64,000 nt of DNA, taken from the NCBI GenBank assembly GCA_965207065.1, contig OZ242260.1:1344001-1408000 (forward strand), read 5' to 3'. Positions 39,575 to 50,751 of this stretch are shown piece by piece. How positions within the stretch are numbered: the first letter of the stretch is position 1; the number at the start of each line of letters is the position of its first letter. The notes under the pieces were generated by a model. That model had not been told where the DNA came from. It was given only the letters and a program-made list of their open reading frames with translations, and made no database searches. Position numbers and translations under genes: made by a program. Source of the stretch: a bacterium (GTDB lineage: Bacteria > UBA8248).

Positions 39575-40300
39575 ATGGACCGAGGAATCTGGGCGGTATG
39601 GTACGACCTTCCCGAAGAGGGAGCGGATGAATACATCTCATGGCTTCATGAGGTCCACATCCCCGAAGCGCTCGGGCGTCCGGGCTACCTGTGGGCGGCG
39701 CACGTGAAGAACATCGTCACGCCCGAGCGTGAGGAGCGAATCCGGGGAGTCGTCCACCACACGGACGACGCGAGCGTTCCCACCGGCGTTCAGTACCTGA
39801 TGCTCTATGGCGCATTGGGCCCCACCGTTTTTTTGGACCCCAGTCCCGAGCAGATGGCGGAGAAGATGACGGCGGATGACCGGGAAATGCTCAACCGGCG
39901 ATTGAACGCGCGATCCTGCGTCTTCATGGAACACAACCGCATCAATGGGCCAGAGTTCAAATCCCGCGCGCCGGGCATCACACCCGGTCCCGGCATCCAG
40001 TTCGGGACCTTCAACATCAACGCCGTCGAGAACGAAGACGAGCTCGGCTGCTGGTACGCCCAGGTGCGGATGCCGCGCTTGACGAGCATGGAAGGCTGCG
40101 TCGGCGCGCGGAATCTCGTATCGGTCTCGGGTTGGGCCAAGCACGGGATTCTCTATGAGTGGGTATCCCTGGAATCGCTCCAGAAGAATTTCACGACGGA
40201 GAAGATACCCCGCTCGCGCCAGGCGGTGAACACCCTCGTCCACGCGCCCAGTTCCCCCAGCGTGGGTGAGCGCATCTGGCCGCCGGCTGGGGATGCGTGA
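39575..40300 (+). CDS. Hypothetical protein, duplicated dimeric alpha-beta barrel (EthD/DUF4286-like)
   Basis: Two repeats: EYISWLHEVHIPEAL..PG and ELGCWYAQVRMPRL..EG. GAGGAG RBS. Confidence 0.6.
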   Translation: MDRGIWAVWYDLPEEGADEYISWLHEVHIPEALGRPGYLWAAHVKNIVTPEREERIRGVVHHTDDASVPTGVQYLMLYGALGPTVFLDPSPEQMAEKMTADDREMLNRRLNARSCVFMEHNRINGPEFKSRAPGITPGPGIQFGTFNINAVENEDELGCWYAQVRMPRLTSMEGCVGARNLVSVSGWAKHGILYEWVSLESLQKNFTTEKIPRSRQAVNTLVHAPSSPSVGERIWPPAGDA

Positions 40301-40471
40301 ACGGAAACACCCGGGACTAACTATAGGAGACAACGAGCCTCACAGGGCTTCGGATTTAGTTGATCGAAAACGTGAAAATCGACCCTGTAATCCTCTAACC
40401 TATTGATTATTTTGTTAATATTTAGTTGATAGGTAGTTGATGGAAAATAGCTTTGGCGCAAAGGCCAAGTA

Positions 40472-41410
40472 TCAGCATCCGGGCGCCACGACGGTGTTTT
40501 GCAGCCTGCCGAGCCCTTCCACCTCGATTTCCACGACGTCGCCGGGCTTCAGGAACTCGGGGTTCTCCCGCGCGTAGGCCACTCCGCTCGGCGTGCCCGT
40601 CATGAGCAGATCGCCTACCTCCAGCGTCGTGCCCAGCGAGAGGACGTGCACCAGGGTCGGAATGTCGTGGATCATGTTCGAGGTGCTGGATTCCTGGCGA
40701 AGCTCCCCGTTCACCCAGGTGCGTAGCATGACGTTCATCGGGTCGCCGAAGTATTCCTTCGGCACGATGTAGGGGCCCATCGGACAGTGTGTGTCCATGG
40801 ATTTTCCCTTCGCCCCCTTGTGCATGCGCTGGCGATCGCGCGCGGGCGTGTCGTTGCCGTTGGTGTAGCCGAAAACGTGGTCGTAGACGTCTTCCTTCTC
40901 GATGTTGATCCCCCCGCGCCCGATGACCACGGTGAGTTCTCCCTCATAATCCAGGGCCTCGGTGGCGCGGTGGTGGACGATGCCGCCCCGGTGGGGAAGC
41001 AGCGTCGTGTGGGGTTTCGAGAACAGGACGGGATGATCCACATAAACCGAATCGCGCGCCAGTGTCTTCGCGCCTATGCCCTCCTGTCCGTGCTCGTGGT
41101 AGTTCACCCCCTGGCAATTCACGTTTTTTGGCGGGTAAGGGATGGGCGGCAGATACCTCACCTCCCCCTCGGGCAGAAAAGACCCCGCACCCTCTTGCGC
41201 TTCCTTGAGCTTCGGGGCTTCGGCGAGCATCTCCTCCAGGACGGGGCGCAGCCTCGGCCACTGGACGATTAAGCCAATCATCGTCGAGGGGAACGGCTCT
41301 CCCGGACGGAAACGGGCCGACAGAAGAGGCAGATCTGCCACCGTATCTTCTCCTGCCAGCGCACCGATGCTCCCGCCTCCCCAGGCGGTGCTATACGATA
41401 ACAACTTCAT
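40472..41410 (-). CDS. Fumarylacetoacetate hydrolase family protein
   Basis: DYEGEL, GYTNGND, GKSMDT and TGTPSGV motifs. Confidence 0.93.
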   Translation of the reverse strand: MKLLSYSTAWGGGSIGALAGEDTVADLPLLSARFRPGEPFPSTMIGLIVQWPRLRPVLEEMLAEAPKLKEAQEGAGSFLPEGEVRYLPPIPYPPKNVNCQGVNYHEHGQEGIGAKTLARDSVYVDHPVLFSKPHTTLLPHRGGIVHHRATEALDYEGELTVVIGRGGINIEKEDVYDHVFGYTNGNDTPARDRQRMHKGAKGKSMDTHCPMGPYIVPKEYFGDPMNVMLRTWVNGELRQESSTSNMIHDIPTLVHVLSLGTTLEVGDLLMTGTPSGVAYARENPEFLKPGDVVEIEVEGLGRLQNTVVAPGC

Positions 41411-41440
41411 TCACTATCTCCCGGGAATCCCCCAAAATCG

Positions 41441-42133
41441 TCATTCATCCAGCACGGCGACCGCCCGTATCGGCCCTCCCGAGCCGTTCCTGATTTTCAG
41501 GGGAAAACCGATGAAGCGGAAAAGACCCTTGCCGATCAACTCCTCCAGATTGCACAAGCTCTCCATGTGGGTGATGCCGAGCTCGGCGCAAGCCCTGTGC
41601 ACGTCGCTGTTTACGCTGCCCTCGGGACCCGGACGCATGGAATCAATCCCGAAAGTGACGGCCCCGGCGCGGGCGAGCCACTCCGTGGCGGCGCGGTTCA
41701 CGCCGGGGTTGTCGGTGTAGTAGGCGGGACCCGGATAGGTACGGGCGTGATGCCCGGTGCACAAGAGCACGGTGCCCCCACGAGGAACTGAAACGCCCGC
41801 TTCCTGTACCGCGGCCTCCATCTCAGAAACGCCGATCTCGGCCCTCGGGGAGATGTGCCTGAAATCGAGGCATATCCCCATGACATAACACTTCTCGAGC
41901 GGGAATTCGTCGATGCCGAGCGCGCCGGGCGACTCGTCGAAATGCCGTGGCGCGTCCAGATGCGTCGTTCCGTGATCGGACATCGAAAAATACATGGAGG
42001 TGCTTCCACTCGCCCCGCCCGACATCTCGCGCCGCTCCTCGTGCGTGACCCACGTTCCCACGACCGTCGGCGGGTGGGAGGGATAGGAGGGGGAGCGGTG
42101 GAATATCTCGCGGCTCAGATCGATGAGTCTCAT
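41441..42133 (-). CDS. Cyclase (kynurenine formamidase-like) family protein
   Basis: HGTTHLDAPRH and GSGGPIRAVA motifs. Confidence 0.92.
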   Translation of the reverse strand: MRLIDLSREIFHRSPSYPSHPPTVVGTWVTHEERREMSGGASGSTSMYFSMSDHGTTHLDAPRHFDESPGALGIDEFPLEKCYVMGICLDFRHISPRAEIGVSEMEAAVQEAGVSVPRGGTVLLCTGHHARTYPGPAYYTDNPGVNRAATEWLARAGAVTFGIDSMRPGPEGSVNSDVHRACAELGITHMESLCNLEELIGKGLFRFIGFPLKIRNGSGGPIRAVAVLDE

Positions 42134-42298
42134 CTTTCTCCTCTCACCTTAATTCATTCAACAAACGCAAGACGCTCGAAGAGTTCACCCGTGAATACTC
42201 TCATCCCTTCAGAAGCGGGAAGAGAGACATCACGGCATTCTCGCATGACGACTCGCCTGGCGGAAAGAATCTCCGGAACCCGGATGACTCGGACCGAG

Positions 42299-43684
42299 TC
42301 AATACGTGAGTTTCGAGAACCCCTCGAACAGATGCGCGAGGAATTTCTCGGACTGGAGAACGCCCGATACCTGTGCGTATTCGTTTGCCGCGTGTTTTCG
42401 CATGGCGTTGCACGGTAGCCCGCCGATCCAGGGCACGCCCAGCTTCTCCGTCCACAAGGCCACGGGCATCCCCGCGGGGTGCACGGGCCAGACTTCCGGG
42501 TCCGCGCCCATGTCCGCATGGGCCTTCAGGAAACTCTGGATCAGCGGATGCTCCAGCGGCGTTCCGCCGCCGGCGTAGTGGTTGTTCACGACGAACTCGA
42601 CGTCGCCGTAGCCGCCCTCAGCCAGGATGTTGCGGACGTTCTCGATGCGCTCGTCGGGGTCTTCTCCCGGCTGAAAGCGCATGTTCACCACGGCCTGGGC
42701 TTCTGAGGGAATGCTGACCTTCACGGATTTCCCCTCGCCCACGAATCCCGCATGAAGGCCCGTTAGGGTGAATTCCGCCTTGAACAGATGCGAGCGGACG
42801 GCAGCGTGGAAATCATCCTGCCGGAAGCGCTTGACGCCCAGGCTCTGCTTCATCCTTTCCGGGTCCATGCGCGCGGCGAGCTTTCGGCACAGTTCTTCTT
42901 CGGCCTCGCTCGGCGTCCAGCCCTCGCCATTTTGATAAATCTCCTCGAGCCTTGCCTGCAGGTAGGCGATCGCCTCCACGATGTGCTCAGCCGGATTGGC
43001 TATCCAGTTGCAGTTGAGCGCATGTATCTCGTTGCCCACCGGCCCGCCCCACTCCCCGGGACGGCAGAACAGCCTGCCCATCAGGTTGCCCTTGAGACCC
43101 AGCGGGACGATGGGCGTACCGTCGGTCTGCCCCATCGGGCAGAGCCAGTAGGCCGCGTTCGCCTTCTGCATCTTCTTCTTGTAGCGCGGGAAGAAATCCT
43201 TGATGCCGCCGCTGCCGAGTTCGGACGCCTCGTGAACGAACATCAGGTTGAGCGGGAGCTTCTCCCCTGCGGCGCGCGCCGCGTATACCGTGTTCATCAC
43301 GCAGGCGATGCCGGTCTTCATATCTTCCGCTCCCCGGCCCACGATGCAGGGCCCGAGACCTCCCAGTTCCTGAATCTGGGGGTCGAAGGGAGGGTTGATC
43401 CAGTTGGGTTCTTCCGCCGGCGTCACGTCATAGAGGCCGTGGCATAAGAGCGTTCGCTCGGCGCCCTCGTCTATCAGGCCGTAGACGACGGGAAATTCCG
43501 CCGTTTCCACCACCTCCGCCTCTCCGCCGACATCGATGATCTCATCGGCCAGCATCCGCGCCATCTCATCGTTTCCGAGGTTAAGCGCGGAGACGCTCGG
43601 CTGGCGTATGTATTTCAGGAGACGCTCGATGTGGGCGGATTCGAAATCCGCCTCGATTTGCGCGATAACCCGTTCGACATCCAT
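42299..43684 (-). CDS. M20/M25/M40 family metallopeptidase
   Basis: HGLYDVTP, GRGAEDMK and HAANE motifs. Confidence 0.88.
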   Translation of the reverse strand: MDVERVIAQIEADFESAHIERLLKYIRQPSVSALNLGNDEMARMLADEIIDVGGEAEVVETAEFPVVYGLIDEGAERTLLCHGLYDVTPAEEPNWINPPFDPQIQELGGLGPCIVGRGAEDMKTGIACVMNTVYAARAAGEKLPLNLMFVHEASELGSGGIKDFFPRYKKKMQKANAAYWLCPMGQTDGTPIVPLGLKGNLMGRLFCRPGEWGGPVGNEIHALNCNWIANPAEHIVEAIAYLQARLEEIYQNGEGWTPSEAEEELCRKLAARMDPERMKQSLGVKRFRQDDFHAAVRSHLFKAEFTLTGLHAGFVGEGKSVKVSIPSEAQAVVNMRFQPGEDPDERIENVRNILAEGGYGDVEFVVNNHYAGGGTPLEHPLIQSFLKAHADMGADPEVWPVHPAGMPVALWTEKLGVPWIGGLPCNAMRKHAANEYAQVSGVLQSEKFLAHLFEGFSKLTY

Positions 43685-43724
43685 CGGAAAACCTCCTCAC
43701 CCCCTGTGGAGGATATACGGGATT

Positions 43725-44036
43725 TCAGGGAATCATGAGACCGAGCAGCGGGCCGTGCTGCTGCGCTCCGTACACGTCGCGATCACCCGGTGCGCCCGAA
43801 GTCGGCCCCTTCCTCGGTATGGTGATCTTGATGGCGTTGGCCGCGTCGAAATGGACGATCTTCACGTCTTCGGGCGCCATCTCGTAGAGTTCTGAAACCA
43901 CGCCCGGCGTGAGCGCCTCGCTGTCGGCCACCCGCCGGTAGGTCGGCTCATCGGTGAACAGCAGATCGAGCGTGATGTGCAAAGGGCCTGCGTTCTTGCT
44001 TCGCAATACCTCGGCGAGGTCGTAGAGCCGCTCCAC
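43725..44036 (-). CDS. DUF4387 domain protein
   Basis: LRSKNAGP..ITLD and GDRDVYGAQQH motifs. Confidence 0.85.
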   Translation of the reverse strand: MERLYDLAEVLRSKNAGPLHITLDLLFTDEPTYRRVADSEALTPGVVSELYEMAPEDVKIVHFDAANAIKITIPRKGPTSGAPGDRDVYGAQQHGPLLGLMIP

Positions 44037-44038
44037 GC

Positions 44039-45403
44039 TCAGCCCACCTGCGCGAATTCGACCTCGAAGGGTGCTGCGGCGTCTTCGAGCTCCACGAGGT
44101 GATAGATGTGGAACTCATACACCGGCCCTCCCTCGAAGTCGGACGGCGAGAACGGGAAGGCGAGGTTCCCGGCGGTGGCCTTTCGGCCTTGGAAGCCCGA
44201 GTGCAAAAACGTGCTCCGTGTGAGGGAGAGCACCGCGTTCGCCGTCGTCTGATCTTTCGCGATGGCCTCCATCACAACGCCGACCTCCTGGGGGTCGCCC
44301 GGCCCATCCGCTGAGGGTCGGCCCATCACGCCGTCGCGCCCGTAGAAGATGAAGCGCAGTTCATAATCCTCGGGCGACAGCGTGCCCCGCACCATGTCCG
44401 CCACGGTGTTCTTCACGTTCGCCTCCACCTCGTCGAGACTCGCTATCAGCCGCGGGTCCGTCATCCCGGCGACGGCGATGGTGCGGTATCCCCTGAGACG
44501 CACGCCTTCAATCTTGATGGTGGGGGTCTCCGCTTGCACGAAGCGGCTGCCGCTCACCCGCACGCGGCGCTCGCTCAGTTGTTCGAACTCGGAGTCTTTG
44601 AGGTCGATCATCCCTTCGGGTTCATAGAACAGATAGGGGTCGGGCTGTTCGTACATCATGTGAGCCGCCACGGAATTGGGCGTCACCCGCATCCCCTCGT
44701 TCATCGGTTCGAGCACGAAGTGATCCTCGCGCAGCGTGCCCAGAATGCAGTCGTTCGCCCCGATGGGCATGGCGCACTGCGCGCCGCATTCGATGATTTT
44801 CGCCATGTGGAAGGCTAATCCTAAGTCGTAACCGCGCATCGCGGCGTAGGAAGTATAGATGGCCGTGTCGCAGGAGCGTCCGGCGAGAACGACATCCGCA
44901 CCGCCCTCCAGAGCCGTCATGAAAGGCGCAAGCCCCATCTGGCCCACGATGCGCACGCTCTCGTCCACCATCTCCTCGGTGAGCTCGGGGAGCTTGCCCA
45001 GGGTGCGCGTTCTGTTCTCCCGGACGGCGCGCTTCACGAACTCCTTGTCCATTTCGGAGCGGATCACCGCGAGCTTGAAGCGGTGCCCGTCGCGCTTCGC
45101 CAGCTCGTGCATCGTGTCGAGCACGCTGTCCACGTGGGGATTTCCGCCCGCCGTCCCGGCGGAGCCGATGATGTAGGGGATCTTCTTCTTTCTGGCGGCG
45201 GCCAGTGAAAAGCCCAGGTCGCGGCGTATCTGCTCGCGCTTGGTGAGCTGATCGCCGCTGCCGAGGTAGTAGGGTCCCGCGTCGGTTGAGCCGTTGTCCG
45301 CACCCATGATGTGCGGGTCTCGGGCGAGGCCGTTATCGAGAGAGGCTTTGGGGAACCCGTAGCCGAGATTGCCGCAAACGGACAATACCCTGAGTTCATC
45401 CAT
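44039..45403 (-). CDS. Acyclic terpene utilization AtuA-like (DUF1446) protein
   Basis: LGYGF, GSTDAGPYYLG, VLAGRSCD, AKIIECG and AGNLAFPFSP motifs; paired with DUF4387. Confidence 0.85.
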   Translation of the reverse strand: MDELRVLSVCGNLGYGFPKASLDNGLARDPHIMGADNGSTDAGPYYLGSGDQLTKREQIRRDLGFSLAAARKKKIPYIIGSAGTAGGNPHVDSVLDTMHELAKRDGHRFKLAVIRSEMDKEFVKRAVRENRTRTLGKLPELTEEMVDESVRIVGQMGLAPFMTALEGGADVVLAGRSCDTAIYTSYAAMRGYDLGLAFHMAKIIECGAQCAMPIGANDCILGTLREDHFVLEPMNEGMRVTPNSVAAHMMYEQPDPYLFYEPEGMIDLKDSEFEQLSERRVRVSGSRFVQAETPTIKIEGVRLRGYRTIAVAGMTDPRLIASLDEVEANVKNTVADMVRGTLSPEDYELRFIFYGRDGVMGRPSADGPGDPQEVGVVMEAIAKDQTTANAVLSLTRSTFLHSGFQGRKATAGNLAFPFSPSDFEGGPVYEFHIYHLVELEDAAAPFEVEFAQVG

Positions 45404-45497
45404 GCGAGGCTCCTGAGGTATTTTGACCGGAATATACTCGAAACCTACACGATCGCACCTGCCCGGTAAACGCTGTGAAATACAAGTTCAGCGGCGT

Positions 45498-45935
45498 TTA
45501 CGGCTGGACCCGCAGCCGCTCGGGCTCGATGATTGCCTCCACCGTTATCTCAATCATTGCGTCTGGAGGACCGAGGCGGGATATCTCGATCAGCGTGCTG
45601 GCCGGACGAACGTCCTTGAAGTATTTGAAGCGCTCATCCGAATGCTTGTAGTACTCCATGATGTCGGTCACGTAAGTCGTGGAGCTGACGATATCGTTGA
45701 ACGTCGCGCCCGCGTGGGCCAGGCCCTTGCCGATGTTCTCGCAGGTCACCCGTATCTGGGTGCGCATGTCGCCGACGCCTTGGACTTCGCCGCTCGGCTT
45801 TCGGGGCACCTGGCCGGAGAGATAGACGTGGGCGTGATCCGATCCATGAATCGTCACTACGGGCACGTAGAGCAACACTCCGTTTTCCACGCGGGACCAC
45901 ATATCGTCGGGCTGCATGAACTGTCTCTGGATCAT
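45498..45935 (-). CDS. RidA/YjgF family protein
   Basis: VYLSGQV and RPASTLIEISRL motifs. Confidence 0.9.
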   Translation of the reverse strand: MIQRQFMQPDDMWSRVENGVLLYVPVVTIHGSDHAHVYLSGQVPRKPSGEVQGVGDMRTQIRVTCENIGKGLAHAGATFNDIVSSTTYVTDIMEYYKHSDERFKYFKDVRPASTLIEISRLGPPDAMIEITVEAIIEPERLRVQP

Positions 45936-45960
45936 CTTGTCGTTCCTCTCTGGTTTTCGT

Positions 45961-46776
<816 letters not shown>

Positions 46777-46796
46777 GACACTCTCCTATCTGCGCG

Positions 46797-47657
46797 TTAT
46801 TCGCGCAGCGTTCCCCAACGCTGAACCGTGGTTAACTCGATGCTCCGCAAGAAAACACGCTCTACGATCACGCCCAGGATGCCGACGACCACAACGCCCC
46901 CGTACATCATATCCGCCGCCAGGAAATCCCGGGCCGAGAAAATCCGGAAACCAAGTCCCGCCTCGAGGGCGACTATCATCTCGCCGGTCACGACGATGCG
47001 CCACGCGCGGCTGAACGCAATCCGGTAGCCCGCGATGAGGCTCGGCATCGCGCCCGGAACCATCACCTGAAAGAAAAGCGTCATGCCCTTTGCGCCCATG
47101 GCCCTGCCCGCGCGGATGAGGGACGCATCCACGGTTTTCACTCCCGTCCAGGCGCTCACCATGACGGTGATCATGCCCTCGAACCAGAGCACGGAGATGA
47201 GGGTGAAATCACTCAGCCCGAACCACAGGATGACGATGGGAAAAAGCGCGAGACCCGGCACGGCCAGAAAAAAGTACATCGGCGGCGCGAGAGCCCGCTC
47301 CACCGTCTTGTTCATTCCCATCACCAGCCCGACCAGGGTTCCCGAAACGATGGCGAGGGCCGCCCCGACCAGGAGCCGGTAGAGTGAAACGTAGATGTCG
47401 AGCCAGAGGATGCCGGACTTCGCCTGCTTCACCATCGTGAACCAGATGACTTCCAGAGGCGGAAAAAGGACGGGATGAAGCGTTCCCGAATGCGCGAGCA
47501 ACTCCCAGAAGATGAGCAATCCGATGAGAGGCGCCGTCATCTGAAAGAACGCTTTGCCGGAGTTTCGGAAAACCACGTTCCAGTTCGGAGGCCCGAGTTT
47601 TCTCTCTGTCTCCGGCGCTGCTCCGGGCTGAGTTTGCGCTTTGTCGGCTGACGCCAC
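46797..47657 (-). CDS. ABC transporter permease (TauC/SsuC-like)
   Basis: IRAGRAMGA loop and AWRIVVTGEM motif. Confidence 0.9.
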   Translation of the reverse strand: MASADKAQTQPGAAPETERKLGPPNWNVVFRNSGKAFFQMTAPLIGLLIFWELLAHSGTLHPVLFPPLEVIWFTMVKQAKSGILWLDIYVSLYRLLVGAALAIVSGTLVGLVMGMNKTVERALAPPMYFFLAVPGLALFPIVILWFGLSDFTLISVLWFEGMITVMVSAWTGVKTVDASLIRAGRAMGAKGMTLFFQVMVPGAMPSLIAGYRIAFSRAWRIVVTGEMIVALEAGLGFRIFSARDFLAADMMYGGVVVVGILGVIVERVFLRSIELTTVQRWGTLRE

Positions 47658-47671
47658 AGAAAATTCCTTTC

Positions 47672-49021
47672 TCAGCTTCCGAGAGCCGTTATTCGTCCGC
47701 TTCCGAGAGCTTCTATTTGTCCGGGCTCGGGCAGGTTCGCATAGGGGTCCGGCGCGATGGCGGAGGCGTCACGCTCCCGCATGCACAGATCCAGCGCTGC
47801 GAGGGCGAACATTTTTGTCGTGTCCACCAGCGCGTCGACGTGGATGTGCTCGCCGATATCGGCATTCCAGCCGTAATCGGCATCAAACGTTCGGCCCGCC
47901 AATCCGTATGTGATGGTCTGGATGCCGTAGCGGTTCATGTGGGCGGCGTCCAGATAGGAAGTCTTTACGATGATGTTGGGCTTCTCTCCCACGATCTGCT
48001 CGTGCGCCTGGATCATCGCTTTGGAAGGAAGCGAATCCACGGGAATGCCCGAGGGCGGATGCGAGGAGAATACCTCGACCCTGGCGCCGACGTCGGGCTG
48101 CTCCTGGTTGACCCGTTCGATGACTCCCTTGAATTCCGCCTGCACGTCCTGAATCGTCTGCCCCGGAACCAGACGGACGTCCACGTAGAGACGGCACTCG
48201 ATGGGCGAGCGCGCACAGCGGTAGGGCCACCCGCCCTCGATGGCGGCCATGTTCACGTGGGGGCGCTCCCCCAGGAATTCATTGCGGCCCCGGTACTCGG
48301 GAATCCACTTCCTGATGGCCGCCTGCACCCGCTCCATCCGCTCGATGGCGCTGGCCGTGTAGTCGCCGTAGCATGTATGGCCCATCGACCCCCGCGTGAT
48401 GACCTTGAACCAGATCGTACCTCCGTGCCAGGGCGCGACCTGCATGCCGGTCGGCTCGCCTAGAATACAGAAATCCGTCAGGTAACCGTGCGAAATAAGA
48501 TGCCGTGTGCCGACGCCGTAACCGTCGTAGAGCACGTCCTGGTACTGGTCGATCCGGTTTTTCTCGATCTCTCCCGCCACGGAGGCGAGGACGATGTCGC
48601 CCTTGAGTTTCACGCCCGCGTCAGTGAGGGCCTTCGCCGCGCCGAGGTAGGAGACGTCGGCGCTTTTCATGTTCGCCGCGCCGTTTCCGATGATCCAGTC
48701 CCCCTCGCGAATCGCCTTGTTCTTGTAGCCCGGCTGGGTGAGTTCAGGCTCCTCGCCGGAATAGGAGGTATCCAGATGGCCGTTGAACATCAGCGAATAG
48801 CCGCCGCCTGTGCCCGGCGAGATGCCGACCGCGTTGTAGCGGCCCTCGGCCACCTTTTGCAGATGCGACTCGTAGCCGGCCTCCTCGTACTTCGCGTGCA
48901 TATAGCGGGCCGCTTCCTCCTCGTAGCCGGTGGGACTGGGTATGTCCACGAGTTCCATGGTGGTTTTTATCAGAAATTCCTCATCCACCGCGTCGACGAC
49001 TTTCTTTTGAAGCTCATCCAT
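47672..49021 (-). CDS. M20 family (ArgE/DapE-like) deacylase
   Basis: LMFNGHLDT, GNGAANMKS and ILGEPT motifs. Confidence 0.88.
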   Translation of the reverse strand: MDELQKKVVDAVDEEFLIKTTMELVDIPSPTGYEEEAARYMHAKYEEAGYESHLQKVAEGRYNAVGISPGTGGGYSLMFNGHLDTSYSGEEPELTQPGYKNKAIREGDWIIGNGAANMKSADVSYLGAAKALTDAGVKLKGDIVLASVAGEIEKNRIDQYQDVLYDGYGVGTRHLISHGYLTDFCILGEPTGMQVAPWHGGTIWFKVITRGSMGHTCYGDYTASAIERMERVQAAIRKWIPEYRGRNEFLGERPHVNMAAIEGGWPYRCARSPIECRLYVDVRLVPGQTIQDVQAEFKGVIERVNQEQPDVGARVEVFSSHPPSGIPVDSLPSKAMIQAHEQIVGEKPNIIVKTSYLDAAHMNRYGIQTITYGLAGRTFDADYGWNADIGEHIHVDALVDTTKMFALAALDLCMRERDASAIAPDPYANLPEPGQIEALGSGRITALGS

Positions 49022-49070
49022 GATTCGCGATTCTCCTCGACTCGTTTGATACGCGCGCAAATCCCCTCAC

Positions 49071-49107
49071 GCCCATCCGGGAGGATGAACAATCCTTCCG
49101 GATGGGC
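49071..49107 (-). terminator. Stem-loop downstream of the substrate-binding protein gene
   Basis: GCCCATCCGGGAGGAT...ATCCTTCCGGATGGGC inverted repeat. Confidence 0.55.
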
Positions 49108-49138
49108 AGGGGAAAAGTGTTCCGGTATACCTCTCGCC

Positions 49139-50134
49139 TTACTTCATCAAATTAAAGTAGGCGTTCTCCACCAACTGGGTGTCGATGTGAGCGGTGACGT
49201 CGATGCGCTTGGGCAGCTTGCCCTTCTTCACGCTGACTTCCACGCCGTCCTGCACTTCCTTGATGTCCCTGTGCGTGATCATCGCGCGATCCCAACGCAT
49301 GAACCTGTAGAGATTGCTCTTCACCTTCTTGAGGTCGAAGTCGAAGCCCTGGCTCTTCCAGAACTCCTGCACTATCTTCGTGGACTCATCCCTGTTGCGG
49401 TTCAGGAAACGCATCGCGCGAACGTGGGCGTTCATGAAACGCTGCGCGCCGTCGGGGTTTTTCTTCTTGATGTAGGACCACGAACTCGTCAGGAAGACGG
49501 GGGAAGTGTAGCCCAGCAGTTCATCGTATTCCTTCGGTCCCATGACCATCCGGCCCAGGCCCTTGTCGACGATGATCGAACCCCAGGGCTCCCAGGTCAG
49601 CCCCGCATCCAGCGCGCCGGTCTCGAAGGCGGCGGGCAGCGAACCGGTTTTCGTGTTGCGGATCTTGAAGTCCTTGTCCGACAAGCCGATGCGAGAGAGA
49701 TACGTCATCCAGGTGGCCCAGGTTCCCGTACCCATCTGCGCGCCCACGGTCTTGCCCTTGAGGTCCATGACCGACTTGGTGGTCTTGTCCTTCACGGGCA
49801 CGAGCACCATGTTCTGGTTCCCGTAGCGGTTGAGCGCGATGCCCACGACGTCCAGTCCGCGCGCCGCGATTTGACCCACGCGGGAGCCGCGCGTGCTGAT
49901 GATGTCGGCCGTGCCGCCGATGAGAGCGTCAATCAGCGCGCGGGGGCTCGTGACCCGGCGCTTCACGTTGACTCCCTCGGCTTTGTAATAGCCCTTCTTT
50001 TCAGCGATGTATGGGATAGCCGCGTGCGAGGTGTTGTCGTGAATCAGGTTGATGACCCCTTTCGCCGCCAGCGCACTCGAGGCCATACCCAATACGACGA
50101 ACGTTGCGATCAAAACCAAACCGAACCTTTTCAT
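49139..50134 (-). CDS. ABC transporter substrate-binding protein (TauA/SsuA/NMT1-like)
   Basis: Signal peptide; DLKGKTVG and LDAGLTWEPW motifs. Confidence 0.9.
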   Translation of the reverse strand: MKRFGLVLIATFVVLGMASSALAAKGVINLIHDNTSHAAIPYIAEKKGYYKAEGVNVKRRVTSPRALIDALIGGTADIISTRGSRVGQIAARGLDVVGIALNRYGNQNMVLVPVKDKTTKSVMDLKGKTVGAQMGTGTWATWMTYLSRIGLSDKDFKIRNTKTGSLPAAFETGALDAGLTWEPWGSIIVDKGLGRMVMGPKEYDELLGYTSPVFLTSSWSYIKKKNPDGAQRFMNAHVRAMRFLNRNRDESTKIVQEFWKSQGFDFDLKKVKSNLYRFMRWDRAMITHRDIKEVQDGVEVSVKKGKLPKRIDVTAHIDTQLVENAYFNLMK

Positions 50135-50227
50135 TTTTTCTCCTCCAAGATTGAGAATTCACTGCTGCTACGTCAACCAGAGATGGAACCGAAGACCAAA
50201 CGACCAAAACCGGCGAAGAGCTATTCC

Positions 50228-50590
50228 TCACTCTCTCGCCGGGTGAAATATGGCCAGCAGCTTTACGTCCTTTTCCCCTCCCGTCATGCTGCGGTGCATC
50301 GTCTTTCGGGGGAGGAAGATGCAGTCTCCGCCCCGAAACTCGATGCTCCCATCCTCCAGTTCGTACCGACCCTCACCTTCGATGATGTAGATGAGTTCGT
50401 CCTCTTCGTGATCGTGCCAGTCATGCGTCTCGCCGGGGCGGAACACCGTGAGCCAGGCGTCGACGTTCCAGCCGTGATCCTCCCGCGAAGTCATCCGCCA
50501 GGCTTGCGCACCACCGTCGAGCACCTTGTGCTTCCGGGTTTCGGGCCGTATCAGGCAGGCTTCGCGATCACTCAATTCCCGTCTCTCCAA
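50228..50590 (-). CDS. Cupin domain protein
   Basis: HDWHDHEEDELIYIIEGEG...MH motif. Confidence 0.88.
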   Translation of the reverse strand: MERRELSDREACLIRPETRKHKVLDGGAQAWRMTSREDHGWNVDAWLTVFRPGETHDWHDHEEDELIYIIEGEGRYELEDGSIEFRGGDCIFLPRKTMHRSMTGGEKDVKLLAIFHPARE

Positions 50591-50751
50591 ACACTTGCCC
50601 TGCGCGCGAGATGGAAATGCCGTGTATGAAATTTGTATGATATACGAAGATGCTATGCGCTTATGCAGCTAATGTCAATCGCGCGAGGGGTGGTTGGCTA
50701 TCACGGAGCCATGTAAGGACGTAGCCCGAAACGTAGAGGGAACTCCTATCC

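Noticed and set aside
40350-40450. Three TAGTTGAT direct repeats in AT-rich intergenic DNA
   Set aside because: Short, irregularly spaced and with no associated mobile gene; insufficient support for a function.
42154-42298. Remnant of a duplicated M20 3' end
   Set aside because: Only a vague LFERLA/LFEGFS resemblance and no convincing nucleotide alignment.
48488-50629. Long alternative-frame ORFs (also 11532..13382 extension, 31669..33444, 50792..52510, 60057..62135)
   Set aside because: Antisense or shifted shadows of well-supported genes in high-GC DNA, with no recognisable motifs.
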